Below are positions 18,996-27,776 of a stretch of 64,000 bases of DNA, piece after piece. The stretch comes from Salinispira sp. GTDB lineage: Bacteria > Spirochaetota > Spirochaetia > DSM-27196 > Salinispiraceae. Numbering within the stretch: the first letter of the stretch is position 1; each line of letters begins with the position of its first letter. The position numbers were made by a program, and so were the translations under genes. Under the pieces are notes generated by a model. It was not told where the DNA came from, did not search any database, and was given only the letters and a program-made list of their open reading frames with translations. The stretch lies in assembly GCA_965602015.1 (NCBI GenBank), contig OZ271918.1, forward strand, positions 2,240,001-2,304,000, in the 5' to 3' direction.

Positions 18996-19553
18996 TCAGG
19001 CGTACCACTCAGCCTCACGCAGCTCGCTTTTCGCCTGACTGGCCATTCGGTAGGCGTCGGCGGCGACACGCATGTCGGCGGTAGACGGATTGCCCGGAGC
19101 ATACGCAGCCCGGATCACCTTTTGGGCCTTCGCAAGAGTGGAACGGGGGTCTCCGGGAACTTCCGACAGGTCGGCTTTTACCGCACCGCCTACCGCATAG
19201 CTCTCGCCGTCCACTCCGGTTCTCGTGTGAAGAATAATGCCCGAAGCCGCTGCGCTACCGAGAGCATACAAATGTGCCCGCTCGTGAGCCCGAATTTCCG
19301 CGTCTCTCATGGCCGCCGAATCGCTGGTCGTAAGGACATAATCGGTGCCCGCAACCCTCAACCCTTCACGTGACATTCCGCAGGATTGAGGGGATTCCAT
19401 GTGGGATTCCCCTGCCCGCTCGCTCTCACCGGCGTTTGCCTCATCATGCAACTTGACCACCAACACCCTTTCGGTTTCGGTGTCCGTGCCGGGAGTCTTG
19501 GGATGCATGCCGGGAACCCTGGGGCCCATACCGTAATCGTAGGCGATTCTCAT
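18996..19553 (-). CDS. SprA-related (putative metalloprotease) family protein
   Basis: RDAEIRAHERAH, YAVGG and RAAYAPGNPSTADMRVAA. Start uncertain. Confidence 0.7.
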   Translation of the reverse strand: MRIAYDYGMGPRVPGMHPKTPGTDTETERVLVVKLHDEANAGESERAGESHMESPQSCGMSREGLRVAGTDYVLTTSDSAAMRDAEIRAHERAHLYALGSAAASGIILHTRTGVDGESYAVGGAVKADLSEVPGDPRSTLAKAQKVIRAAYAPGNPSTADMRVAADAYRMASQAKSELREAEWYA

Positions 19554-19650
19554 TATTACCAGAATAATAGAGAATTTGCGCTTCGGCAAATTCTCAAACC
19601 GAGGGGGCCAAAGGATATAGAATGTGACCGACCTTTTTTTTCAGCTCCGG

Positions 19651-19679
19651 TTGACAATACAGGCTCTACCGACTATAAA
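19651..19679 (+). promoter_or_regulatory. Sigma70-type promoter of tRNA-Phe
   Basis: TTGACA-17 bp-TATAAA. Confidence 0.8.
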
Positions 19680-19701
19680 TACCATCACGTGAAAACGTAA
19701 T

Positions 19702-19774
19702 GCCGCTGTAGCTCAGTCGGTAGAGCAAGGGACTGAAAATCCCTGTGTCATCAGTTCGATTCTGATCGGCGGCA
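19702..19774 (+). tRNA. tRNA-Phe (GAA), CCA not encoded
   Basis: Acceptor GCCGCTG/CGGCGGC, D arm GCTC..GAGC, anticodon arm AGGGA-CTGAAAA-TCCCT and T loop GTTCGATTC. Confidence 0.97.
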
Positions 19775-19778
19775 TGCA

Positions 19779-19814
19779 TAAAAAAGCCCGGACCTTGCGT
19801 CCGGGTTTTTTTAT
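19779..19814 (+). terminator. Terminator downstream of tRNA-Phe
   Basis: AAAAAAGCCCGGAC-CTTGC-GTCCGGGTTTTTTT. Confidence 0.85.
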
Positions 19815-19993
19815 GTAATTCGTCATTGAAGACATCACTGTTGTTCGATTCTATTATTTCGCGCACCGCAGCGGCATATGCCGATGCGAGGAGCGCGAAT
19901 ACTACCGTGCGTATCGCACATCGGGTCGGATCGTAGCCGGGGTGCGGCAAAGACCGATCCCGAAAAGCCCGAAGGGCGAGAAACGCACGGACA

Positions 19994-20029
19994 ATCGGCG
20001 GCATAGATAAAAAAGCCCGGACCTCGCGT
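19994..20029 (+). repeat. Direct repeat of tRNA-Phe 3' end plus 5' half of its terminator (att-like)
   Basis: 33/36 identical to 19765-19800. Confidence 0.85.
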
Positions 20030-20203
20030 GAGGCCACTGAAAAGGTTGCAGATTCAAATGAGTCTGTAGCGTTTTTTTCGCCTTTTGCATAGTGTTGCCA
20101 AAAGACAAAAACAACCCCACATGATTTACATTATTAAATTCGTAATTCGTTTCAGATTAACAGTAAAAAGTGTCAATGCAGCCTGCAGATTCAGATTTGT
20201 GAG
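20030..20203 (-). mobile_element. IS1182-like remnant (terminal repeat plus transposase C-terminal tail)
   Basis: GAGGCCACTGAAAAGGT starts exactly where the duplicated terminator is cut. Minus-strand LQAALTLFTVNLKRITNLIM* resembles IS1182-family transposase ends (from recall). Confidence 0.55.
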
Positions 20204-20467
20204 CATCGCGATTCCCTTCTCACTGCTGAGCACGACGGAGCTGATTGAACGAAGCAGCGAAGCATTCGCTTCGATAATCCCGGTATTTCCGATCAACTCG
20301 CCATCGATATCAAGTTCGCTCATATCATTGACGATGGCTCGTACATCCAGTTTCCGCTTGTGCGCCTGGACAAGGAGTTTGCGAAAATGGGTAGTTTTTC
20401 CCGAACCGTGAAATCCGTTTACGACTCGCGGGAATCGGCGATTTGACTCTACCGGACTGCTGTTCAT
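20204..20467 (-). pseudogene. Truncated COG0523/CobW GTPase (N-terminal fragment)
   Basis: GFHGSGKTT and IVNDMSELDIDG, then lost after about 88 aa. Confidence 0.75.
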
Positions 20468-20515
20468 TCGTTTTCACTGTTCTTCTTTTCCTCGGATGGG
20501 TATATGCCGCCAAGC

Positions 20516-20544
20516 TTGACGCAGGGGAACGCGGGTAATACTAT
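20516..20544 (+). promoter_or_regulatory. Sigma70-type promoter for the COG0523 operon
   Basis: TTGACG-17 bp-TACTAT, 11 nt before the ATG. Confidence 0.6.
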
Positions 20545-20555
20545 ATCCACCGTCT

Positions 20556-21656
20556 ATGAAACAGCCGTCGACGCTTCCAGGTAAAATCCCTGTGGTAATC
20601 ATCACCGGTTTTCTCGGATCGGGTAAAACCTCACTCATCGCCGATCAGCTCGATGGATCTCAGGATGATCTGGCCGTTATCGTTCACGATCTGGGCGAGG
20701 AAAATATCGATGTCGCATTTCTCAAGGGGGGAGAGCATGTTTCCCTTACCTCAAATACACGGATCAGATCCGTCTCATCAGGGTACCTGACTTCCTCTCA
20801 CCTCGATCAGTTGACCAGAGAAATCGATGCGCTATCGGATCTCGAACCCCGGCCGATGGCGATATTAGTTGAGACCTCCGGCGCTGCCAATGTGGTGCCG
20901 GTCATAGAAAAGCTCCGGGCTCCCGGTGAGTCCTGGGAGCTCATTTCCGTCTTGACCGTCCTGGATTCCTCGGTGATCGGTGATTACCGGGAAGACCCTT
21001 CGATCGCCCCCCTTCTGGAGACCCAGGCCTTATCGGCGTCTTTACTGATCCTCAACAAATGGGACCGGGCAAACCGAATCCAGCGGAAGCACGCCAAAAC
21101 CTTTGCCGATTATATTCGTTCGAAGAACGGGTCAGACCTGGAAACCACGAAGTTCGGCCGGATCAAACTCCGGCTTCTCCTGACCCGTCGCCTGATCCCC
21201 GGCAAAAGCTCACTACCGGAGGCCAATACCCGGGAATCAATCGAGTCGTTCCATCTGACGACACGGCGGCCGTTTCACCCCGAACGACTGGAGAGATGGC
21301 TGGACACATCCTGGACAGGCATCATCCGCGTCAAAGGCTTCGTTTGGATAGCCAGCGATATGGAGGGCATTTATGTGCTCGACGCCGCGGGCTCACAACG
21401 GGAAGTAGGCCTTGAGGGTACCTGGTACGCCAGCGTTGCCGACGACGAGCTTCGGGACGATCCGGAGGTTCAAAAACTCGTGAAGGAGCATCCCTTCGGA
21501 GACCGAAGACAAGCCCTCACCATAATCGGAAGGCCCGAGAGCATTGCTCAGGCAAAAAACGAACTCGAAGCGGCACTGCTCCGGGATGATGAAATGGCTA
21601 TAGGACCTGAGGGATGGCAATCATTCCCGGATCCCCTTACCGGAAAATTTACGTGA
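20556..21656 (+). CDS. COG0523 (CobW/YciC-like) GTPase with CobW_C domain, lacking CxCC
   Basis: GFLGSGKT, ETSG, NKWD; RPFHPERL, RVKGFVW and FGDRRQ. Confidence 0.88.
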   Translation: MKQPSTLPGKIPVVIITGFLGSGKTSLIADQLDGSQDDLAVIVHDLGEENIDVAFLKGGEHVSLTSNTRIRSVSSGYLTSSHLDQLTREIDALSDLEPRPMAILVETSGAANVVPVIEKLRAPGESWELISVLTVLDSSVIGDYREDPSIAPLLETQALSASLLILNKWDRANRIQRKHAKTFADYIRSKNGSDLETTKFGRIKLRLLLTRRLIPGKSSLPEANTRESIESFHLTTRRPFHPERLERWLDTSWTGIIRVKGFVWIASDMEGIYVLDAAGSQREVGLEGTWYASVADDELRDDPEVQKLVKEHPFGDRRQALTIIGRPESIAQAKNELEAALLRDDEMAIGPEGWQSFPDPLTGKFT

Positions 21657-21663
21657 GTCCCGA

Positions 21664-22590
21664 ATGAAGGCGATTCTGTTCGGCGGATTCCTCGCTGCAG
21701 GCAAAACCACCGCGCTGAATCAGGTTCTCGGTTTCATTCGTGGTGAAAAACCCCATGCCCGAGTGGCCCTGCTCATAAACGAATTCGGCGATCGGTCGGT
21801 GGATACCGCGATGTTTTCAACTGAGGTCTATCAGCGGGAAATCAGCGGAGGCTGCATTTGCTGTTCCTTAAGAATGGCGTTGATTGAACAGGTCCGGGAG
21901 ATTCGGCAGACGGTGAACCCGGATTTTTTACTCATCGAAGCGACGGGCCTTGGGATCCCCGAAGATATCCTGAACTCCATCGGGTCAATCGGAGCCTGCG
22001 AATCCGCCGGAATTCTCTGCGTGGATCCGGCACATGTGACACTGTATGGCCAAAGAATACCGCTTTTTTCCCGCCAGCTTGCCGGAGCGGACACGGTGCT
22101 CCTGACGAAAACAGATCTGTATCCGCCGGAGAAGAACCAATCAATTTTATCTGAACTAGAAAGCACATACCCCAACATCACGATCTACCGTTCTCCGATC
22201 AATGCGCTCAAGGGACTCATTTATCGCTCAAATTCGAGCGCTCTCGGATCGATACGTCCGGAGGAACCCGGCCAGGAAGCTCCCGGGCTGGGCATCAGTC
22301 AAAAAAGTCTGGTTCTCGAGTCACCCGTTTCATTGAGCGAGCTGGAGTCTTCCTGCCGGCGGATCAGTGATGAGTACGGATCCGCACTCCTGCGCATCAA
22401 GGGCATTATCCCCCATGATGAGCAGTGGGTGGTTTTTCAATATTACAACCAAAGCTTCCGGATGTATGAGCATAATGGAGCAAGACCGGATAGCCCGTTC
22501 ATCGTCATAATCGCCCTCGAAAAAATGATGCGGGAGGTAGAACCAACCCGATTATTCGCTACGGCGAACATCTTGAAATCGGGGACATAA
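21664..22590 (+). CDS. COG0523 GTPase with GCICC metal motif
   Basis: GFLAAGKTT, INEFG, SGGCICC, EATG, TKTD and LLRIKGI. Confidence 0.88.
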   Translation: MKAILFGGFLAAGKTTALNQVLGFIRGEKPHARVALLINEFGDRSVDTAMFSTEVYQREISGGCICCSLRMALIEQVREIRQTVNPDFLLIEATGLGIPEDILNSIGSIGACESAGILCVDPAHVTLYGQRIPLFSRQLAGADTVLLTKTDLYPPEKNQSILSELESTYPNITIYRSPINALKGLIYRSNSSALGSIRPEEPGQEAPGLGISQKSLVLESPVSLSELESSCRRISDEYGSALLRIKGIIPHDEQWVVFQYYNQSFRMYEHNGARPDSPFIVIIALEKMMREVEPTRLFATANILKSGT

Positions 22591-22609
22591 GCACCTATGG
22601 TTTGAATAT

Positions 22610-23035
22610 ATGAGCCATCCAAAGGTATCGGAAATACTCGAGAGAAGCGGTCTCAAAGTCACCCAGCAACGATTACTCCTGCTAAAGACAATTCTCGATT
22701 CGCAGGCGGTTTTTACCGCAGCATTCTTGGAAAAAGAGGTGGCCGGGAAGATGAACTCGGTCACGGTCTACCGCATACTCGCCGCATTTCAGAAACATGA
22801 CATCATCCGTGAAGTGATTTCAAGCGATGTTACCCGGTTCTATGAGTTGTCCCGCTCCGATGAACCGGCCCATCCCCATTTTCTCTGCCATGATTGCGAT
22901 CAGATCCTCTGTCTCGAACCTTTGAGCCCGGAAGATTTTGCCATGATCCGCAGCTTATCTAAGAATCATCAAATCCGCAGCGTAGCAATACAGTTCACCG
23001 GCATTTGCGAGGAATGCCGGAAAAAGCATTCTTAG
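22610..23035 (+). CDS. Fur-family regulator (probably Zur-like)
   Basis: GLKVTQQR, VTVYRIL, HPHFLCHDC and GICEEC. Confidence 0.88.
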   Translation: MSHPKVSEILERSGLKVTQQRLLLLKTILDSQAVFTAAFLEKEVAGKMNSVTVYRILAAFQKHDIIREVISSDVTRFYELSRSDEPAHPHFLCHDCDQILCLEPLSPEDFAMIRSLSKNHQIRSVAIQFTGICEECRKKHS

Positions 23036-23037
23036 TA

Positions 23038-23094
23038 TTTACAGCTTCCTGTTTAAACCGTATTCTCATTTTATATGCAACTTAGTTGCATTTA
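23038..23094 (+). promoter_or_regulatory. Promoter with overlapping 8-1-8 palindromic operator
   Basis: TTTACA-17 bp-TATTCT (23038-23066); ATGCAACT-T-AGTTGCAT at 23075-23091. Confidence 0.8.
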
Positions 23095-23131
23095 CTACAT
23101 TCATACTAATTACCTGCCTGGAGCATGATAT

Positions 23132-24280
23132 ATGGGTATTTTGAACGTTTTTTCTCATTCGTCGCCTATGTACGATGTCGCTATAGTTGGGGCCGGTCCC
23201 TCGGGAATCGGAGTAGCCGCTATTCTTAAGGACTTAGGGTGCGAGAATTACATTATTCTCGAGAGGCATCAGCCGGGCTATTCGTTTACCAAGTGGCCCG
23301 AAGAAACCAAACTTATCACCCCTTCATTTACGACGAATTTTTACGGTCAGATGGACTTAAACGCCGTCGTACAGGGCACCTCTCCGGCATACTCACTGGG
23401 CATGGAACACCCATCAGGCAGAGATTACGCCCGATACCTGAATTTGGCTGTGGAGCATTTGGATCTGCCGATCCGCGCTCCTTTCGACGTGTCCGCAGTC
23501 GAGGGGGAAGGTGGGTACTTCCGTATCAAAGCTCAGGACGGATCATCCATTGACGCAAAGTATGTCGTCTGGGCCGCCGGGGAGTTTCAGTATCCTAGGG
23601 AAGACAGTTTTCTCGGGGCAGAGCATTGCAGACACTACGCACATATTGAGCGATTCAGCGACTATTCGGGTAAAAATGCCGTGGTTATTGGAGGGTATGA
23701 AAGCGGGATCGATGCGGCGATCCATTTGAGCAGGCAGGGTAAAACGGTGAAGGTAATCGGAAAAACCCCTTTCTGGACAATAAACACCACCGATCCCAGT
23801 AATAATCTCAGCCCTTTTACCCGGGAAAGGCTCACGGAAGAAATGGCCAAAGGCCGCATTGAGCTGATCGGAGATACTCGGGTAGTGGAAGTGGAATTTG
23901 CCGATGGTATCTACCGCATTCACACGGATGCATCATCGATAGCCATTGAAAGCCCTGCTCAGCCGATTCTGGCCACCGGATTTCTGTCCAGCCTCTCCGT
24001 GGTACGTGAGCACTTCGCATTCCCGGAAGACGATTGGATTCCCAGCCTTACCCAGGAGGATGAGTCGGTTATTGCTCCCGGTTTGTTTCTCGTCGGTCCC
24101 CAGGTACGACATGATTCGATCATTTTCTGTTTTATATACAAATTTCGCCAACGCTTCGGGGTTGTGGCCCGGGCCCTGGGACATCGCTTGGGATTGGATA
24201 CCACCAAAACAGAAAAATACCGTCAGGAAGGACTTTTAATGGATGATTTATCTTGCTGCTCACAGGAGTGTTCATGTTGA
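23132..24280 (+). CDS. NAD(P)/FAD-dependent oxidoreductase (CzcO-like) with Cys-rich tail
   Basis: IVGAGPSG, VIGGYESGIDAA, LATGF and FCFIYKFRQRF; ends LSCCSQECSC. Confidence 0.85.
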   Translation: MGILNVFSHSSPMYDVAIVGAGPSGIGVAAILKDLGCENYIILERHQPGYSFTKWPEETKLITPSFTTNFYGQMDLNAVVQGTSPAYSLGMEHPSGRDYARYLNLAVEHLDLPIRAPFDVSAVEGEGGYFRIKAQDGSSIDAKYVVWAAGEFQYPREDSFLGAEHCRHYAHIERFSDYSGKNAVVIGGYESGIDAAIHLSRQGKTVKVIGKTPFWTINTTDPSNNLSPFTRERLTEEMAKGRIELIGDTRVVEVEFADGIYRIHTDASSIAIESPAQPILATGFLSSLSVVREHFAFPEDDWIPSLTQEDESVIAPGLFLVGPQVRHDSIIFCFIYKFRQRFGVVARALGHRLGLDTTKTEKYRQEGLLMDDLSCCSQECSC

Positions 24281-25935
24281 CTGCGGAACGTCAAGTGAAA
24301 AACAGTACCCAAAAGTCTACTGTGGTGATTATCGGGAAGGAGAGCACCGGGAAAACCCGTCTCATTTCATCGTTGACGGGGCACTCGGGCCATTCCACCA
24401 ATGTGAAAGGCACGACTGTCCACTGTGATCGCTATGAGGGGCATTCACACATTTTTATCGATACTCCGGGGATTATCATCGAAGAGGATACCCACACGAC
24501 GAAAAGCGCGCTGGAAGCCCTAGCTGATGCAGAGCACGTGATGCTTGTGGTCAGCGCGCTTCAAATCGATGAGGATCTGGCAGATTTGCTTCCCCTTGTT
24601 CGGGGTAAGACCGGGATGGTCGTCATAAGTTTTTGGGATAAATTCAAGGGCAATCAAAGCGCGGCGGAACAGCTCCGTACCGAGGGAATAGCTTGCATAG
24701 AAGTAGACGCCCGGAACCTCGATGAGAAAAGCATTGAGGCGATTCATGGGGAATTAGCTAAGGAGCATGATTTTACCGATAATGAATACATTTCCCAACA
24801 CTTCTGGCGCTATACCCCGGAAAAAACCCTGTTCGATCGACCCGTAGCTGGCAAGATTGCATCCTTATTATTACTGTTCCTGCCGGCAGCAGCAGCAGTG
24901 TATTCCGCCAATTCCTTGGCGGATGCCTTGTACGGCCCGCTCTATTCTTTATTTTCTCCGCTGCTTAACGCGGTCAATAGCCTTCCGGCTCCGTTGAATT
25001 ACTTCCTCGGACTGGACTACGGAATCGTTGCCATGTTTCCATTTTTACTATTGTATGCCCTGCCCACCATACTGCTATTCGCCGTTTTTCTGGGAATCTA
25101 TAAGACCAGCGGCCTTTTGGACAAAATATCAGCTTCGATCCACCCTTTATTGGCGCCATTCGGCCTTGGCGGTCGGGATCTGGTGAGAGTCGTCATGGGT
25201 TTTGGGTGTAATGTTCCCGCGGTGATTAACTCCCGGGCCTGCTCAGTCTCAACCCGTCGGGCCTGTGTACATGCAATCGGATTCGGATCGGCATGTTCAT
25301 ACCAGCTGCCGGCCACCATTGCGGTTTTCAGCGCGGCGGGCCTTGGATATCTCGCATTTCCGTTTCTTCTGCTTTTGACTGCGGCGACGCTGTTCTATTT
25401 ATTCTTGTTGCGAAAAGGCCGGAGAGAACGCGTGCGGCTCTCCCTTGTCAGCAACTCCGGGCTGCTCACCAGGCCGGGGTTCAAAGACACGATGCTCGAA
25501 GTCCGCGGGGTTATCAGACAGTTTTTCACCCTGGCCCTTCCGGTCTTTGTGCTGATCTGCCTTGTGGCCTCCCTGCTCGCCTGGACCGGATTACTCGATG
25601 CCATGACCCGGGCCGTCGCTCCGTTAATGGGCATATTCCGGCTGCCCCCGGAAGCAGCACCGGCGGTAATTCTGGGCTCGGTAAGAAAGGACGGCATCGC
25701 CATTGGTCTGCTCAATCCGGATTGGGGCTCGTTCAAGGCGGGAGTCCTTACCCCCCTTCAAACCTTAACCGCGGTATTTCTCGCGGGCACTCTTCTGCCC
25801 TGCCTGGTGACCGTATGGACGATTCGAAAAGAGTTCGGCATCAGGCGCACCGCATCCCTGGTCATGAGACAGATGGGGTTCTCGGTTATGGCCACTCTCG
25901 CCATCGCCTGGATCGGCGGCCTCCTGGTCATGTAG
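24274..25935 (+). CDS. FeoB-like GTPase/Gate-domain membrane transporter
   Basis: GKESTGKT, GTTV, DTPG; Gate motifs GFGCNVPA and LPCL. AGGAG RBS; overlaps the oxidoreductase stop. Confidence 0.85.
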   Translation: MLTAERQVKNSTQKSTVVIIGKESTGKTRLISSLTGHSGHSTNVKGTTVHCDRYEGHSHIFIDTPGIIIEEDTHTTKSALEALADAEHVMLVVSALQIDEDLADLLPLVRGKTGMVVISFWDKFKGNQSAAEQLRTEGIACIEVDARNLDEKSIEAIHGELAKEHDFTDNEYISQHFWRYTPEKTLFDRPVAGKIASLLLLFLPAAAAVYSANSLADALYGPLYSLFSPLLNAVNSLPAPLNYFLGLDYGIVAMFPFLLLYALPTILLFAVFLGIYKTSGLLDKISASIHPLLAPFGLGGRDLVRVVMGFGCNVPAVINSRACSVSTRRACVHAIGFGSACSYQLPATIAVFSAAGLGYLAFPFLLLLTAATLFYLFLLRKGRRERVRLSLVSNSGLLTRPGFKDTMLEVRGVIRQFFTLALPVFVLICLVASLLAWTGLLDAMTRAVAPLMGIFRLPPEAAPAVILGSVRKDGIAIGLLNPDWGSFKAGVLTPLQTLTAVFLAGTLLPCLVTVWTIRKEFGIRRTASLVMRQMGFSVMATLAIAWIGGLLVM

Positions 25936-26319
25936 AGGACCGGTCAAATAATCTGATCTCATGTTCCTATCCGTAGCGGAGTTGTATCCAAACATATAAC
26001 ACTTTCTCTTACACAATGCGGCTACGGCATAGCTGTCTGCTAAAGATGTGGTTTTCAATATCCCACTGATAGGAAGTAATTGTATTCACTTCAATACAGC
26101 GGTTTTTACAAGTATTCCCGTAAATATCCTTCGCGGAGACCGCGAATACGGGCATGGGGCCTTTGCGCCCGGTGTTCACCTGTACGAAGACTCAGTCTCT
26201 TACGACAATTGCCACCGGAGTCTCAGGTCGCTGCTCGTCGATCCTATTTGCCGTCGTTTCACTTATCGTCGCTTTTGGCGTCGGCCCATATCCGACCGAA
26301 CTGATTGACTGGGTGGAGC

Positions 26320-26368
26320 GTTTCCCAGACATCTTCCCGTTCAGGCTCGCAGAGAACGGCCTTTAACT
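26320..26368 (+). repeat. Imperfect direct repeat, copy 1
   Basis: About 40/49 identity to 28972-29019 (first 25 nt 23/25). Confidence 0.7.
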
Positions 26369-26445
26369 GATCGTATCTATGCTGTGACTCGGGATGTTAT
26401 CGGCTCCAAAGCAAAGGGAGTCGGGCAATACCTGAGGTTGGTAAC

Positions 26446-26492
26446 TTGAAAAACAGCACTCCAACGTTTATGATATTGTTAACAGTGTAAAC
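26446..26492 (+). promoter_or_regulatory. Promoter and candidate operator of the GbsR-like gene
   Basis: TTGAAA-17 bp-TATGAT, then imperfect palindrome GTTAACA-G-TGTAAAC. Confidence 0.6.
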
Positions 26493-26505
26493 GTATGGAG
26501 GCGTA

Positions 26506-26952
26506 ATGATCCGTGAGAATGTCATTGAAAAGATGGGGAGTCTGTTTGCCGACTTCGGGCTCAAACCGTTGATGGGACGGATATTCGGACTGCTCCTGGC
26601 TTCGGAAGAAGCACTGAGTCTCAGCCAGATAGCTGCCGATCTCGAGGTCTCGAAAGCTGCGGTAAGCATTCTGATCCGCCAGCTCGAATCCTTCGGGTAC
26701 TGCCGGAAGCTTCCGACCAAGGGTAACAGGGAACATTTTTACCTGCTCCGGGAAAACTACCTTCCCTTTACCTATGGGAGGCGAATATCCCGGGAAATGA
26801 GTCAGCTGGATATCATTCGGGAACTCGGGGATTCCGAAAGCGATGCCCCGGCCTTCATTAGGGAGCGCATTGGGGAGTTTATGGCGTTTAACGAGTTCAT
26901 CATCCGCGAACAGGGAAAGGCGCTGGAAAAATGGAAGGAGAATGTACGATGA
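26506..26952 (+). CDS. GbsR/MarR-family transcriptional regulator
   Basis: GLKPLMGRIFGLLL, LSLSQIAADLEVSKAAVS. Confidence 0.85.
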   Translation: MIRENVIEKMGSLFADFGLKPLMGRIFGLLLASEEALSLSQIAADLEVSKAAVSILIRQLESFGYCRKLPTKGNREHFYLLRENYLPFTYGRRISREMSQLDIIRELGDSESDAPAFIRERIGEFMAFNEFIIREQGKALEKWKENVR

Positions 26953-27776
26953 CCATACAGCACACGGATGGTCGGGAGACCTATTATGAGACCTTCGGTG
27001 ACTCTCAGGACCGAGCCGTGATTTTGATCCACGGACTTGGGGCAGAATCCTCATCATGGATGCACCAGAATCATTGGCTGGCAGACCGTGGCTTTTTCGT
27101 CATCGTCCCGGATATGTTCGGCCACGGGCGAAGCGGCAGGCTCGGAGATGACGGGATAAACGAATGGACCATCCAGATCGAGGCTCTCCTCGATCACTAT
27201 CAGCTCGCATCGGCAGTATTAATCGGTGTCAGCATGGGGGGTGTTATCGCCATCAATTTCAGTGTCAGCAGACCCGACCGGATTACCGCCCTGATCGTTT
27301 CGGACAGCTTTGCCGAACAAAAAACCGCCGGAGAGAAACTCCTGGGTTTCAGCCAGGTGATAGGATTCCGGGCTTTCAAATTGCTGGGCAGAAAGCTTTT
27401 CGCTCGGGGTATGGCAGCGGCATATCCTCAGGATTTCGCACAAGACGCACGGCAGTACATGTTCGAACGGAGTTTGCAGGCCGACTTCGACCAGCTAATC
27501 AAAGCCCGCAAAGCCATCAATACTGTCTCCGCATTAGATGCATTATCCCGGTTTCAGGTTCCGAGCCTGATCATCGTCGGATCTGAATTCGGAAAGAGCT
27601 TCGTAAAAATCAATCGGAAAATCGCCGATGCGATCCCCGGAGCGGAATTTGCCGTCTTGGAGCAATCAATGGATCCTTCGCCGATGGTAAATCCCCGGGA
27701 GTTCAACAGTCAGCTCTCCTCGTTCTTCGAGAGACATTTTGGAAAAGCGTCTCATTCTTCCCGGGAGATAGTCTGA
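26949..27776 (+). CDS. Alpha/beta hydrolase
   Basis: LIHGLG, DMFGHGRS and GVSMGG. ATGA overlap with the regulator. Confidence 0.85.
   Translation: MTIQHTDGRETYYETFGDSQDRAVILIHGLGAESSSWMHQNHWLADRGFFVIVPDMFGHGRSGRLGDDGINEWTIQIEALLDHYQLASAVLIGVSMGGVIAINFSVSRPDRITALIVSDSFAEQKTAGEKLLGFSQVIGFRAFKLLGRKLFARGMAAAYPQDFAQDARQYMFERSLQADFDQLIKARKAINTVSALDALSRFQVPSLIIVGSEFGKSFVKINRKIADAIPGAEFAVLEQSMDPSPMVNPREFNSQLSSFFERHFGKASHSSREIV

Noticed and set aside
19666..20037. 123-aa minus-strand ORF
   Set aside because: Overlaps tRNA-Phe and its terminator; spurious.
26154..26366. 70-aa ORF with one hydrophobic stretch
   Set aside because: No RBS, and its end coincides with the dispersed repeat; not supported as a gene.
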